This document shows, piece by piece, positions 1 to 10,518 of a DNA stretch of 64,000 nt. Numbering within the stretch: the first letter of the stretch is position 1; each line of letters begins with the position of its first letter. Origin of the DNA: Octopus sinensis. Taxonomy: Eukaryota. The stretch spans positions 25,234,001 to 25,298,000 of the forward strand of contig NC_043014.1 of the NCBI RefSeq assembly GCF_006345805.1. Direction: 5' to 3'. Under the pieces are notes generated by a model. That model did no database searches. It saw nothing but the letters and a program-made list of their open reading frames with translations, and was not told the DNA's origin. The translations under genes were made by a program, and so were the position numbers.

Positions 1-835
1 GTAATGGAAACGTTGTTGTGTAGCATTTGTTAAATAATTGTAAACCATAACCCTCCCCCTTTGTGAGAAGGAGCTTTGGTTACTGTTTAAAAATTGAATT
101 GTGTCCCTGTTTGGGGAAATTGACAATATTTTCACCGTTTATACGGAAGCACTTTTGATAAAATGCCTTCGATAGAAGAAAGTCCAAAAATGAATTTTGC
201 TGCAGCCGTCGGCGGGCGCGAACTCATTAAAATTAAAATGGAAGAAATACAAACCTATTTCGGATTGATCTCCGACAAAGACGGTGAATCTAGGATAACA
301 CCACAAAACGAAATATAAAATAAAATTAAAGAAAAGACTATTGTCTATAAAGTATACGATGTAGAGAAAAAAAAGATTTGAACACCTGGAGGAGAGCACC
401 ATCGAAAAGTGTCTTGGTGTGACTATGAAAGATATCAAGTATCTAACCAGAGCGGTAAATTCACCACAATAGAAGAAAGATTCGAGTCAACGGAGTGTGC
501 AAGGGAGTACTCGACTCAAACCTTGCAAAGTGAAAATATTTTGTTTTCACCATTATATCTCGGACATAGGACGTCCCGAATAAAAATTAAAAATGGTCCC
601 CCAGAAGTAGAGGTAGGCTGGATTGTAGCCACACTTCTATACAAGAGGGAGAACAAGATACAATTGATTGAAATTGCAAGAGACGGGCTTACAATTCCAG
701 TCTGTTATATATTTTGAGTATTGTTATCACTAGCGATATCAAGATATAACTCTGTATTTTGTATTTTATGTGTAGATGTATATATATAGATGTACATGTA
801 ATATGTACACATATATATACACATATATACATGCA
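1..835. repeat. Dispersed repeat A (runs off window start); second copy at 3599-4005
   Basis: 1-206 matches 3599-3804 and 630-835 matches ~3809-4005; the second copy lacks ~207-629. Confidence 0.9.
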
Positions 836-873
836 CTAGCACTATGACCCGGCAACACTGGGTCATAATGCTA
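836..873 (-). mobile_element. Helitron 3' terminus remnant (hairpin + CTAG)
   Basis: Minus strand reads CCCAGTGTTGCCGGGTCATAGTGCTAG|T; same layout as the Helitron ends at 5397-5422, 14971-15003 and 55623-55655. Confidence 0.65.
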
Positions 874-880
874 TTATATA

Positions 881-965
<85 letters not shown>

Positions 966-1201
966 AAATAATATATAGGGATCACCACTACTTTATTTTC
1001 TCCCCTTCTACCTACCTCTCCTGTGGATCTTCTGTCCAGCATTCGCCATGATATTCTTCCCCTGTTTATTTCTGTGTTCCTTTGTGTCCAAAGATTTTCT
1101 CAATTACTGAGAATTAAACTAATACATGTGTTTGTTGTTTACACACCCGTCTTCGTCTCTTGTTTTTTTGTAAATTCCCACTATATGTATATATATCTAT
1201 G

Positions 1202-1260
<59 letters not shown>

Positions 1261-1362
1261 TATATATATTATATACATATAAAATATATATATATAATAT
1301 TGATACACATATCATATATTGTAAATTTATGGTGTAAATTTATTTATTTATATTATGAAATT

Positions 1363-1471
1363 GAGACCCGAAGAGTGACTATGTATCATTGGATCGAAGA
1401 AATATTAATTTTTGAGATTATCGATTTTGATATTACAGATTTGTATACAAAGTCACGAAATGCGCATCATC
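1363..1471 (+). ncRNA. Degenerate type I hammerhead ribozyme motif
   Basis: GAGAC-CCGAAGA(1368-1374, U4>C)-GTGACT...AGTCAC-GAAAT-GCGC-ATC; stem II pairs perfectly, stem I is damaged. Confidence 0.5.
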
Positions 1472-2370
1472 GTTTTAATGTGTATTTTTTTTAATGAGTA
1501 TTATTTAGTATAGAAATGTTAGTACAATGTAAATAATAATATATTTAAATGTATATAAATATTATTTATTGAATTACATTATGGAGGTTCTATCTCTTAA
1601 TCCTATATATATATATATATATATATATAGTTACATACATTTAAAGAATTAGACTTTTCTCTTATATTTTCTTTAATGAACTGGAATACCTGTTTCGAAT
1701 TTCGTCAAAATTGCATAGGAGGGTTATTTCCCTCTTAATACACCCTAGAAAAAATTGTAATCATGCCACATGTATCCCATACTACTGATTTTTATGCACA
1801 TATTCCAAAATTCCAGTCTTGTAGAACCTGTTAAAAGGATTTTGCTGCTGAAAAATGGAGGTCATGGAGCTCTAAGATGTGAGATTGAAGACCCCTATTG
1901 GGGGTGGGCATCTTAATGTCAACCAGAGAAGTTGAATTGTTGAGAATCTTTTTAACTTGGGTCTTATATCTATTGTTTGAATTTCTTTGAAATAGGAAAT
2001 ATATGTTCACTGGGTTTGTAAAAGAGAGCAAAGCTACAGGAAACCAAAAGACGAATGATCACAATAAGCAGCCAGCTACAGTACCCTAGTCGTTTCCACT
2101 CCCAATATAGTATTCCTCACCATGCAGGTGACAGGCACAGCATTATGAATCTATAGCAATCGGAAGGGCGTGACCCAACTGAAATAAACATTAACAATTG
2201 TGTTACGTGAACACTAAGGATAAATGAAAGTTGGAATTTGCAAATGACTACTATACTGATACATAACTGGACAAAATAAGTCTACAATTTATAGATATAA
2301 TATATATGAATGTACACATATATGTACATGTATATATATATATATGTGTGTGTGCGTGTGCATGTGTGTG

Positions 2371-2408
<38 letters not shown>

Positions 2409-2479
2409 TATATATATATATACACACACACAAAGATAAATTGATAGATACAACTGAGTGGGCAAACGAAAATATGAGA

Positions 2480-2797
2480 CACAGCGTGGAGCTTTTTTTA
2501 TGTTGATAAGCCTGGTACTTATTTTATCAGTTTCTTCTTGTGAAACTAGTAAGTTATGGGGCTCTAAATAAACAAACAGCAGTTGTGAGGCTGTGATGAG
2601 GGAGAAACACAAAGACGCACACATAGACTTACATATATACATATATATACATATACGATTGATTTCTTTCAGTTTCTGTCTACAAAATCCACTGAGGCTA
2701 TAGCAGAAGACACATGCCAAGTCACCACCACACAGTGGGACTGAACCCAGGACCATGTGTTTTGGGACAAAGTTTGTTACCACACAGCCACACCTAC
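2480..2797 (-). mobile_element. tRNA-derived SINE family 1 (diverged copy)
   Basis: Reverse complement has A-box-like GTGGCTGTGTGG, B-box-like GGTTCAGTCCC and the family body. Confidence 0.85.
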
Positions 2798-3598
2798 AGC
2801 TATGTATGTGTGTGTGTGTTTGTGTGTATATATAGGTGTATATATGTTTGATTGTATATATGTGTATATATATGTGTGTACATATTACATGTACATCTAT
2901 ATATATACATCTACACATATACACGTATACATATACAGCTGTACATATACATGTATACATATACATGTATATATATATACATCCATATATATACATGTAT
3001 CTCTTATGATAATATATATATCTCTTATGATAAAAGGCAGATTTTCTCTGCCTCCCAAATCGTTCGTTTTTTATACAATTGTAGAATATGAAATTTCTTC
3101 AATTGGAATTTACCTATGATTTTTCCAAGTAGATCCCATTGGGTCATGGCATGTAAAGTTTTTTCAATTTCACCCCCAATTAAGCAAAAATTCGAGAAAA
3201 CTCAATATTTTACGATTTCCCTCTTTCATTTCAAGTGCTTCACTCCTTCCATTACCACTACACTTTCTCCTCCTTTCTCTTTGCAAGTGTGCATAAATTA
3301 AAGTGAAAGTATTTTTATAACAGGGACGAGTCATTAATACTGGTCATCCTTTTTGCTAGAGAAAGATCCGCTATGGTCTTATATGCTACACCACTCGTTT
3401 TCAATTCATATTAATCAAATTAATATTCAATTTTTTACCCTTATTATGTGTGTGTGTGTGTGTATTAGCAATTCGTATAAAATTGCATCAATGACTTGAA
3501 CTTGAATAAGTGGTTTCACATAAATGGGGATAAATTAAAAAGATTCGTTGTTATTATTATTACTGTTTGACTATTGTAATCACGTTTGTTGGTTCCTC

Positions 3599-4005
3599 GT
3601 AATGGAAACGTTGTTGTGTTGCATTTGTTAAATAATTGTAAACCGTAACCCTCCCCCTTTCGGAGAAGGGGCTTTGGTTATTGTTTAAAAATTGAATTGT
3701 GTCCCTGTTTGGGGAAATTGACAATATTTTCACCGCCTTTACGGAAGCATTTTTGTTAAAATGTCTTCGATAGAAGAAAGTCCAAAAATGAATTTCGCTG
3801 CAGCAGTACACTTCTATACAAGAGGGAGGACAAGATCCAATTGATCGAAATTGCAAGAGACGGGCCTACAATTCCAGTCTGTTATATATTTTGAGTATTG
3901 TTATCACTAGCGATATCAAGATATAACTTTGTATTTTATGTGTAGATGTATATATATATAGATGTACATGTAATATGTACATATATATACACATATATAC
4001 ATGCA
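3599..4005. repeat. Repeat A, second copy with internal deletion
   Basis: Direct match to 1-206 and 630-835. Confidence 0.9.
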
Positions 4006-4035
4006 TAATATATCTACCCATACACACACATGCAT

Positions 4036-4066
<31 letters not shown>

Positions 4067-4128
4067 CATACATAGGGGCAGGTGTGGCTGTGTGGTAACA
4101 AACTACGTTCGAAGATACTGTACTTGAT

Positions 4129-5346
4129 ATGGGCGGTAGTGCCTTGCCGGTCTATGGCCTACCTTCAAGAAACCGGGAAGGCACAAACACTCTGTTTTCA
4201 CATTTGCTGCGTGAGACATGTTTTAATGTTGACGAGCTTGCCGAGTACATAGCCGACAATGAACCAAAGCTCCTTCCAGAACAGAAGTTCGCTTACAACT
4301 CCGTTGTTAATTCATTCCGGGTCAAAGCTGGGGGGATTTTTTTCCTGGACGCTCCTGGGGGCACTGGGAAAACTTTTCTCAACAAATTAATATTGGCTGA
4401 GATTAGGCGAACACAAGGCATTGCCCTAGCTGTGCCATCATCTGGAATTGCGGCTACTTTGTTGCCAGGTGGCAGGACAGCTCACTCCACTTTCAAGCTT
4501 CCGCTTGACTTAGTGAAGACTGAGACACCAACTTGCAACATCAGTAACAGCTCCTATCAGGCAGAAGTCTTCAGACGATGCAAGCTTATCGTTTGGGATG
4601 AATGCATGATGGCCCACAGGGGTGCTCTTGAGGCACTAGATAGATCTCTCAGAGACATCAAACACTCTTCAGCTCCCATGTCAGGCATAACACTTCTTCT
4701 TTCAGGGGACTTCCGACAAACACTTTCCATTATTCCCAAAGAGACTAGAGCTGATGCAGTAAGTGCGTGTCTTAAGTCATCCACATTGTGGCCACTGGTG
4801 AAGACTCTCAAATTTCACACCAATATGTGTGCTCATATGCGTCGTAATATCACATCAGCAGCATTTTCTCACACCCTCCATGCACTTGGCGAAGGCAAAA
4901 TACCAGGGGATGAAAATGGTAATATTGCCATCGATTCCATTTGTACCATTGTTAAAACGCCTTCTGATCTCAGAGATGCAGTGTTCCCAGATCTACAAGC
5001 TAATTATCAGAATATGGATTGGATTGACCAAAGGGCTATTCTGACCCCGTGGAATAAAACTGTTCACCATATTAATGATGAAATGCTAAAACTCATTCCT
5101 GGGGATGTCTATGTATATAAGTCTATCAATACAACCCCTGACCCAGAGGACGTCATCAACTATCCAATAGAAGTACTCAATTCCTTTCAGCCCCCCGGAC
5201 TACCACCACACATTCTCAAACTTAAAGTTGGTGCCCCTATAATGCTCATTAGAAATTTGGTTCCCCCAAAACAATGCAATGGCACACGTTTGATCGTTAA
5301 GTCCTTATCTCCCACCGTAAACTTATATCAATATTTGCCCGAATAA
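4129..5346 (+). pseudogene. Helitron PIF1-family (SF1B) helicase domain, 5'- and 3'-truncated
   Basis: Motifs FFLDAPGGTGKT (Walker A), IVWDECMMA (II), LLLSGDFRQTL (III), PPHILKLKVGAPIMLIRNL, CNGTRL; no Rep/HUH domain and no motif V/VI; the frame extends back to a SINE junction at ~4103. Confidence 0.92.
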
Positions 5347-5446
5347 TCATCATAATTCAGTGCAATCATTAACAGAACTTTCAAGCAATTCAGCAGCCCG
5401 GCACCGCCGGCAATTCTGCTAGTATATATATATATATACATATGTG

Positions 5447-5502
<56 letters not shown>

Positions 5503-5634
5503 ATGCATATATATACATGTGGTGAAGCAAATATAGAGTATTACTTAAGCTTACCATGAATTGGTCTTTTTCATGCCGAATTGTACCTGGTGAAATTACT
5601 GATTACTTCTTAATTACTTAATTTTACCCTTTGT

Positions 5635-5668
<34 letters not shown>

Positions 5669-5706
5669 GTGTTTATTTATATATGTATATAAATACATGT
5701 ATATAT

Positions 5707-8399
5707 ATCATCATCATCATCATCGTTTAACGTCCGCTTTCCATGCTAGCATGGGTTGGATGATTTTGACTGAGGGCTGGCGAACCAGATGGCTGCACCA
5801 GACTCCAATCTTGATTTGGCAGAGTTTCTACAGCTGGATGCCCTTCCTAACGCCAACCACTCCGAGAGTAAGGCGATGTTGGTAACGATCATGCTCAAAT
5901 GGTGCCCTTTTACATGCCACCAGAACGAAAGCCAATTGGCTGCTCTGGCACCGATCATGCTCAGATGGTGCTCTTGGCACCCTACTAGCACGGGCACAAG
6001 TGCCAGTAAGGCAATGCTGGTAACAATCACACTCGAACGGTGCCTTTTATGTGCCACTGACACAGAAGATGGTTAGCTGCTCTGTCAACGATCATGCTCG
6101 TATGGTGCTCTTTGCACACTGCTAGTACGGATGCCAGTCATCGAATGTGATTTTGATTTTGATTTTACTTGCCTCAACAGGTTTCGCAAGTAGAGTTTAG
6201 TGTCCAAGGAAAAGAAAGGTATGCATAAGCGGGCTGGTTATGCTCCTCGCATGGGTCACAGGTTATGGTCTCATTTGGCTTTCCGGGTCTTCACAAGCAC
6301 AGCATATTTCCAAAAGTCTCGGTTGCTAGTCATTTCCTTGGTGAGGCCTAATGTGCGAAGGTCATGCGTCACCACTTCATCACAGGTCTTCCTGGGTCTA
6401 CCTCTTCCTCAGGTTCCCTCAACTGTTAGGTTGTGGCACTTTTTCACATAGCCATCCTCCTCCATTCTCGCCACATGACCATACCAGTGCAGTCGTCTCT
6501 CTTGCACACCACATCTGATGCTTCTTAGCTCCAACATTTCTCTCAAGGCACCTACACTCTGTCGAGTATGCACACTGACATTACACATCCAGCGGATCAT
6601 ACTGGCTTCATTCCTTGTGAGCTTATGCATGTCCTCAGCAGTCACAGCCCATGTTTCACTATCATGTAGCATGGCTGTTCATACACAAGCGTCATACAGT
6701 CTACCTTTTACTCTGAGCAAGATGCCCTTTGTCACCAGCAGAGGTAAGAGCTCTCTGAACTTTGCCCAAGCTATTCTTATTCTAGCAGCAACACTTTCAG
6801 CGCACCCTCCTCCAATGGTCACCAAAGTAATGGAAGCTATCAACTACTTAAGTTTTTCTCCCTGGAATGTGGCAGGAGTTGTTCTCTGCATATTTTCTGT
6901 GTTTATTGCTCCCGAGCATCTGCCACATACAAAAACTATCCTCCCAGTTAGCCTTCCTTTGATATTACTCCACCTCTTATGTGTCCATAGCTTACACTGG
7001 GTACATCTTATAGAGTTTCTACCTACGCCTCTACAACAGATTGAGCAGGGCCATCTGCCTGAAGGGATTTGTGGTTTGTCTGCCTTCCTACTTATTAGGA
7101 CTTTGGTTTTAGCTAGGTTGATTCTAAGGCCCTTCGATTCTAACCCTTGTTTCCACACTTGAAACTTCTCCTCTAGTTCTGATAGGGCAAGGTCATCAGC
7201 ATAGAGGAGCTCCCTCGGACATCCTGTCTTGAATTCCTCCGTTATTGCCTGGAGGACTATGATAAATAGGAGGGGGCCGAGGACTGAACCTTGGTGGACC
7301 CCTACCTATACCCGGAATTCTTCATTGTTTTTGTTGCCAACCCTCACCTTATTTAGTGTCCCTGTACATGGCTTGCACAGCTCTCACTAACCATTCATTT
7401 TTCCCTAGTTTCCTCGTTGACCACCAGATAAGAGATAGGGGAACCCTGTCTAAGGCTTTCTCCATGTCAACAAAAGCCAGCTATAGGGGCTTATCTTCAG
7501 CTATGTATTTCTCCTGCAGCTGTCTTACCTGAAATATGGCATCAGTGGTGCTTTTCCCTGGCATGAAACCAAACTGACTCTCTCCCTAATCAGTTGGGCT
7601 GTGACCCTCTCCGTAACCTTCATTACCTGATCCAACAGCTTGATGCGTCTGTAATTATTTGTATCTAAAGCGTCACTTTTACCTTTGTAGCAGTTGACTA
7701 TTATGCTGCTAGACCAGTCATTGGGTATGACTCCTTCATGTATCACCTGGTTAACTATATGGGTGACTAGGCTATAGCCAACACTGCCAGATATTTTGAG
7801 CATCTCTGCAGTAATTCCTGATGGGCCTGGGGCTTTCCCTGTCTTCATGCTTCTAATTGCCTTAACTACCAAGGAACTGTCAACTCGGATAGCTGATCCC
7901 TCTGTTGAGTCGATATTTGGCAGACTCTCATTCTCCCATTTATTTTCTTTATTCAGCAACCTTTCATAGTGGCATCTCCAAACCTCTCTCTTTGCATCCT
8001 CATTCAGCGCAAGTGAATCATCATCCATGCGAACACATTTCTCTCCTACCACATAACGATGTTCTCTCACACATTGTCTTGCAACATGAAATACCTCAAG
8101 TCTTTCATCCTCACGGTACAGAACATTGGCAAATTTTTTCTTATCTGCTTCCCCTCTGGCTAAGTAAACCTGCCTCTCTTTTGGCAGTAGCTTCTCTTTT
8201 GGAAGTCTGATACACTTCCCTGCTACCACCGTTCTTCCAGCCCTTCTAAGCCTGTTTCTTTTGTCTAATAGCCCTGTCAACAACATTGTTCCACCACGGC
8301 GTTATTTTGGGTCAAGAGGGGACTTTGCACCATCCACTTATCTGGTCGGTGGCTCTTAGCAGGTTGTCCCATAGGAATCTCCAGTTGTCTTTAGAAGAC
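5707..8399 (-). mobile_element. RTE-clade LINE, 5'-truncated, decayed
   Basis: RT pieces (KAPGPSGIT, YRRIKLLDQVMKV, LLYADDL, MLHDSETW), long 3' UTR and (GAT)n tail at 5707-5724. Confidence 0.95.
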
Positions 8400-8603
8400 C
8401 TAAAAACCAGTACTAAAAACCTATCCATTCTTGTTGCTTCTTTCTCGCTTATAATCACCCCACATTACTGTATTGTTAAATCAGTATAGTTTTTTTTTTT
8501 GGTGCATCTAAGTTAGGTACCATATTCAAGTAAATTCTTTTAAATTAACTTGAATCTTTATATATATATATAAGCGAGAAAGAAGCAACAAGAATGGATA
8601 GGT

Positions 8604-8694
8604 TTTTAGTACGATCGTTTCATACAAGGACAGGTTTTATTAAAAGTTGCAAAGATTACAGCATATAAACGAGTCCCGTACTCATCAGCTAAAA
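8604..8694 (-). ncRNA. Type I hammerhead ribozyme (array, minus strand, unit 1)
   Basis: TTTTAG-CTGATGA-GTACGGGAC...GTCCTTGTAT-GAAAC-GATC-GTA^CTAAAA; predicted cleavage between 8610 and 8609. Confidence 0.75.
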
Positions 8695-9095
8695 TACATG
8701 TAAGTTCTCTAGACATCCTAGTGTTTGAGGCTATACTCATGAAGTAATGTAGATAATTAAACAGATTTCTAAAGTTCATTAAAGTTCTTTAAAGATGATG
8801 TACAGTCTTATCACAGAATTTTAAAAAAGTTTTGATAGCATCACAGAGAAGGTGACCTAATCCATATGAATTTCCATAGATATGATGAGGGATTATATAT
8901 AATCCCTCATCATATCTATGGAAATTCATATGGATTAGTCACCTTCTCTGTGATGCTATCAAAACTTTTAAAATTCTGTGATAAGACTGTACATCATCTT
9001 TAAAACTTTAATGAACTTTAGAAATCTGTTTAATTATCTACATTACTTCATGAGTATAGCCTCAAACACTAGGATGTCTAGAGAACTTACATGTA

Positions 9096-9183
9096 TTTTA
9101 GCTGATGATACGGGACTCGTTTATATGCTGTAATCTTTGCAACTTTTAATAACCTGTCCTTGTATGAAACGATCGTACTAAAA
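9096..9183 (+). ncRNA. Type I hammerhead ribozyme (array, plus strand, unit 1; 1-nt deletion at start of stem II)
   Basis: CTGATGA 9102-9108, GAAAC 9166-9170, GATC, GTA 9175-9177, CTAAAA. Confidence 0.62.
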
Positions 9184-9363
9184 ACCTATCCATTCTTGTT
9201 GCTTCTTTCTCGCTTATAATCACCCCACATTACTGTATTGTTAAATCAGTATAGTTTTTTTTTTGGTGCATCTAAGTTAGGTACCATATTCAAGTAAATT
9301 CTTTTAAATTATTGAATCTTATATATATATATAAGCGAGAAAGAAGCACAAGAATGGATAGGT

Positions 9364-9454
9364 TTTTAGTACGATCGTTTCATACAAGGACAGGTTTTAT
9401 TAAAAGTTGCAAAGATTACAGCATATAAACGAGTCCCGTACTCATCAGCTAAAA
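9364..9454 (-). ncRNA. Type I hammerhead ribozyme (array, minus strand, unit 2)
   Basis: Same motif as 8604-8694; predicted cleavage 9370/9369. Confidence 0.75.
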
Positions 9455-9852
9455 TACATGTAAGTTCTCTAGACATCCTAGTGTTTGAGGCTATACTCAT
9501 GAAGTAATGTAGATAATTAAACAGATTTCTAAAGTTCATTAAAGTTCTTTAAAGATGATGTACAGTCTTATCACAGAATTTTAAAAAAGTTTTGATAGCA
9601 TCACGAGAAGGTGACCTAATCCATATGAATTTCCATAGATATGATGAGGGATTATATATAATCCCTCATCATATCTATGGAAATTCATATGGATTAGGTC
9701 ACCTTCTCTGTGATGCTATCAAAACTTTTTTAAAATTCTGTGATAGACTGTACATCATCTTTAAAGAACTTTAATGAACTTTAGAAATCTGTTTATTATC
9801 TACATTACTTCATGTATAGCCTCAAACACTAGGATGTCTAGAGAACTTACAT

Positions 9853-9947
9853 GTTTTTAGCTGATGAGTACGGGACTCGTTTATATGCTGTAATCTTTGC
9901 AACTTTTAATAAAACCTGTCCTTGTATGAAACGATCGTACTAAAAAC
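9853..9947 (+). ncRNA. Type I hammerhead ribozyme (array, plus strand, unit 2)
   Basis: GTTTTTAG(9853-60)-CTGATGA(9861-67)...GAAAC(9928-32)-GATC-GTA(9937-39)^CTAAAAAC(9940-47). Confidence 0.78.
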
Positions 9948-10120
9948 CTATCCATTCTTGTTGCTTCTTTCTCGCTTATAATCACCCCACATTACTGTAT
10001 TGTTAAATCAGTATAGTTTTTTTTTTTGTGCATCTATCTAGTTAGGTACCATATTCAAGTAAATTCTTTTAAATTAACTTGAATCTTTATTGCTCTTTAT
10101 ATATATATATATATATATAT

Positions 10121-10309
10121 ATCATCATCATCATCATCATCGTTTAGCGTCCGTTTTCCATGCTAGCATGGGTTGGACGGTTCTACTGGGGTCTGTGAAG
10201 CCAGAAGGCTTCATCAGGCCCAGTCAAATCTGGCAGTGTTTCTACGGCTGGATGCCCTTCCTAACGCCAACCACTCCGTGAGTGTAGTGGGTGCTTTTTA
10301 CGTGCCACC
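10121..10309 (-). mobile_element. RTE LINE 3'-end fragment
   Basis: (GAT)n tail plus GGCGTTAGGAAGGGCATCCAGC motif. Confidence 0.9.
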
Positions 10310-10351
10310 AATAATTATATAATATATATAATACATATATATATATATATA

Positions 10352-10384
<33 letters not shown>

Positions 10385-10518
10385 ATAAAAACTTACTTGG
10401 GGAAATAAGAAAGTGACGCGAGGCGTTCAATCATATAATAATAATTTAACAAATAAAACATATGCATGCATACATACATATATATACATACCTACATCTA
10501 TATGTATATGTACATATC

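Larger units (their letters stand above)
975..3050. repeat. Inverted segmental duplicate of 14810-14970 + 16408-18255
   Basis: Collinear reverse-complement blocks: 975-1185/18051-18255, 1320-1560/17660-17910, 1630-2280/16965-17605, 2410-2810/16440-16850; ORFs 1831-2031(-) and 17204-17404(+) are 62/66 aa identical. Confidence 0.92.
3021..5422 (+). mobile_element. Helitron deletion derivative (~2.4 kb)
   Basis: 5' A|TCTCTTATGATAAAAGGCAG at 3021; 3' hairpin CCGGC-ACC-GCCGG (5398-5410) then CTAG|T at 5419-5422; encloses a PIF1-type helicase ORF. Pairing of these two ends as one element is inferred. Confidence 0.75.
8400..10089. repeat. Tandem array (~2.2 x ~760 bp) of palindrome + spacer units with hammerhead motifs on both strands
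   Basis: Spacerless palindromes 8569-9218 (centre 8897/8898) and 9330-9980 (centre 9656/9657); three copies of a ~110-bp direct spacer (ATCACCCCACATTACTG...GAATCTT). Confidence 0.95.

Noticed and set aside
139-717. ORFs 139-438(-) and 409-717(+) as proteins
   Set aside because: No motifs, and most of the region is deleted in the second copy of repeat A.
4129-5346. Host PIF1 helicase gene
   Set aside because: Intronless, truncated at both ends and followed by a Helitron hairpin-CTAG terminus.
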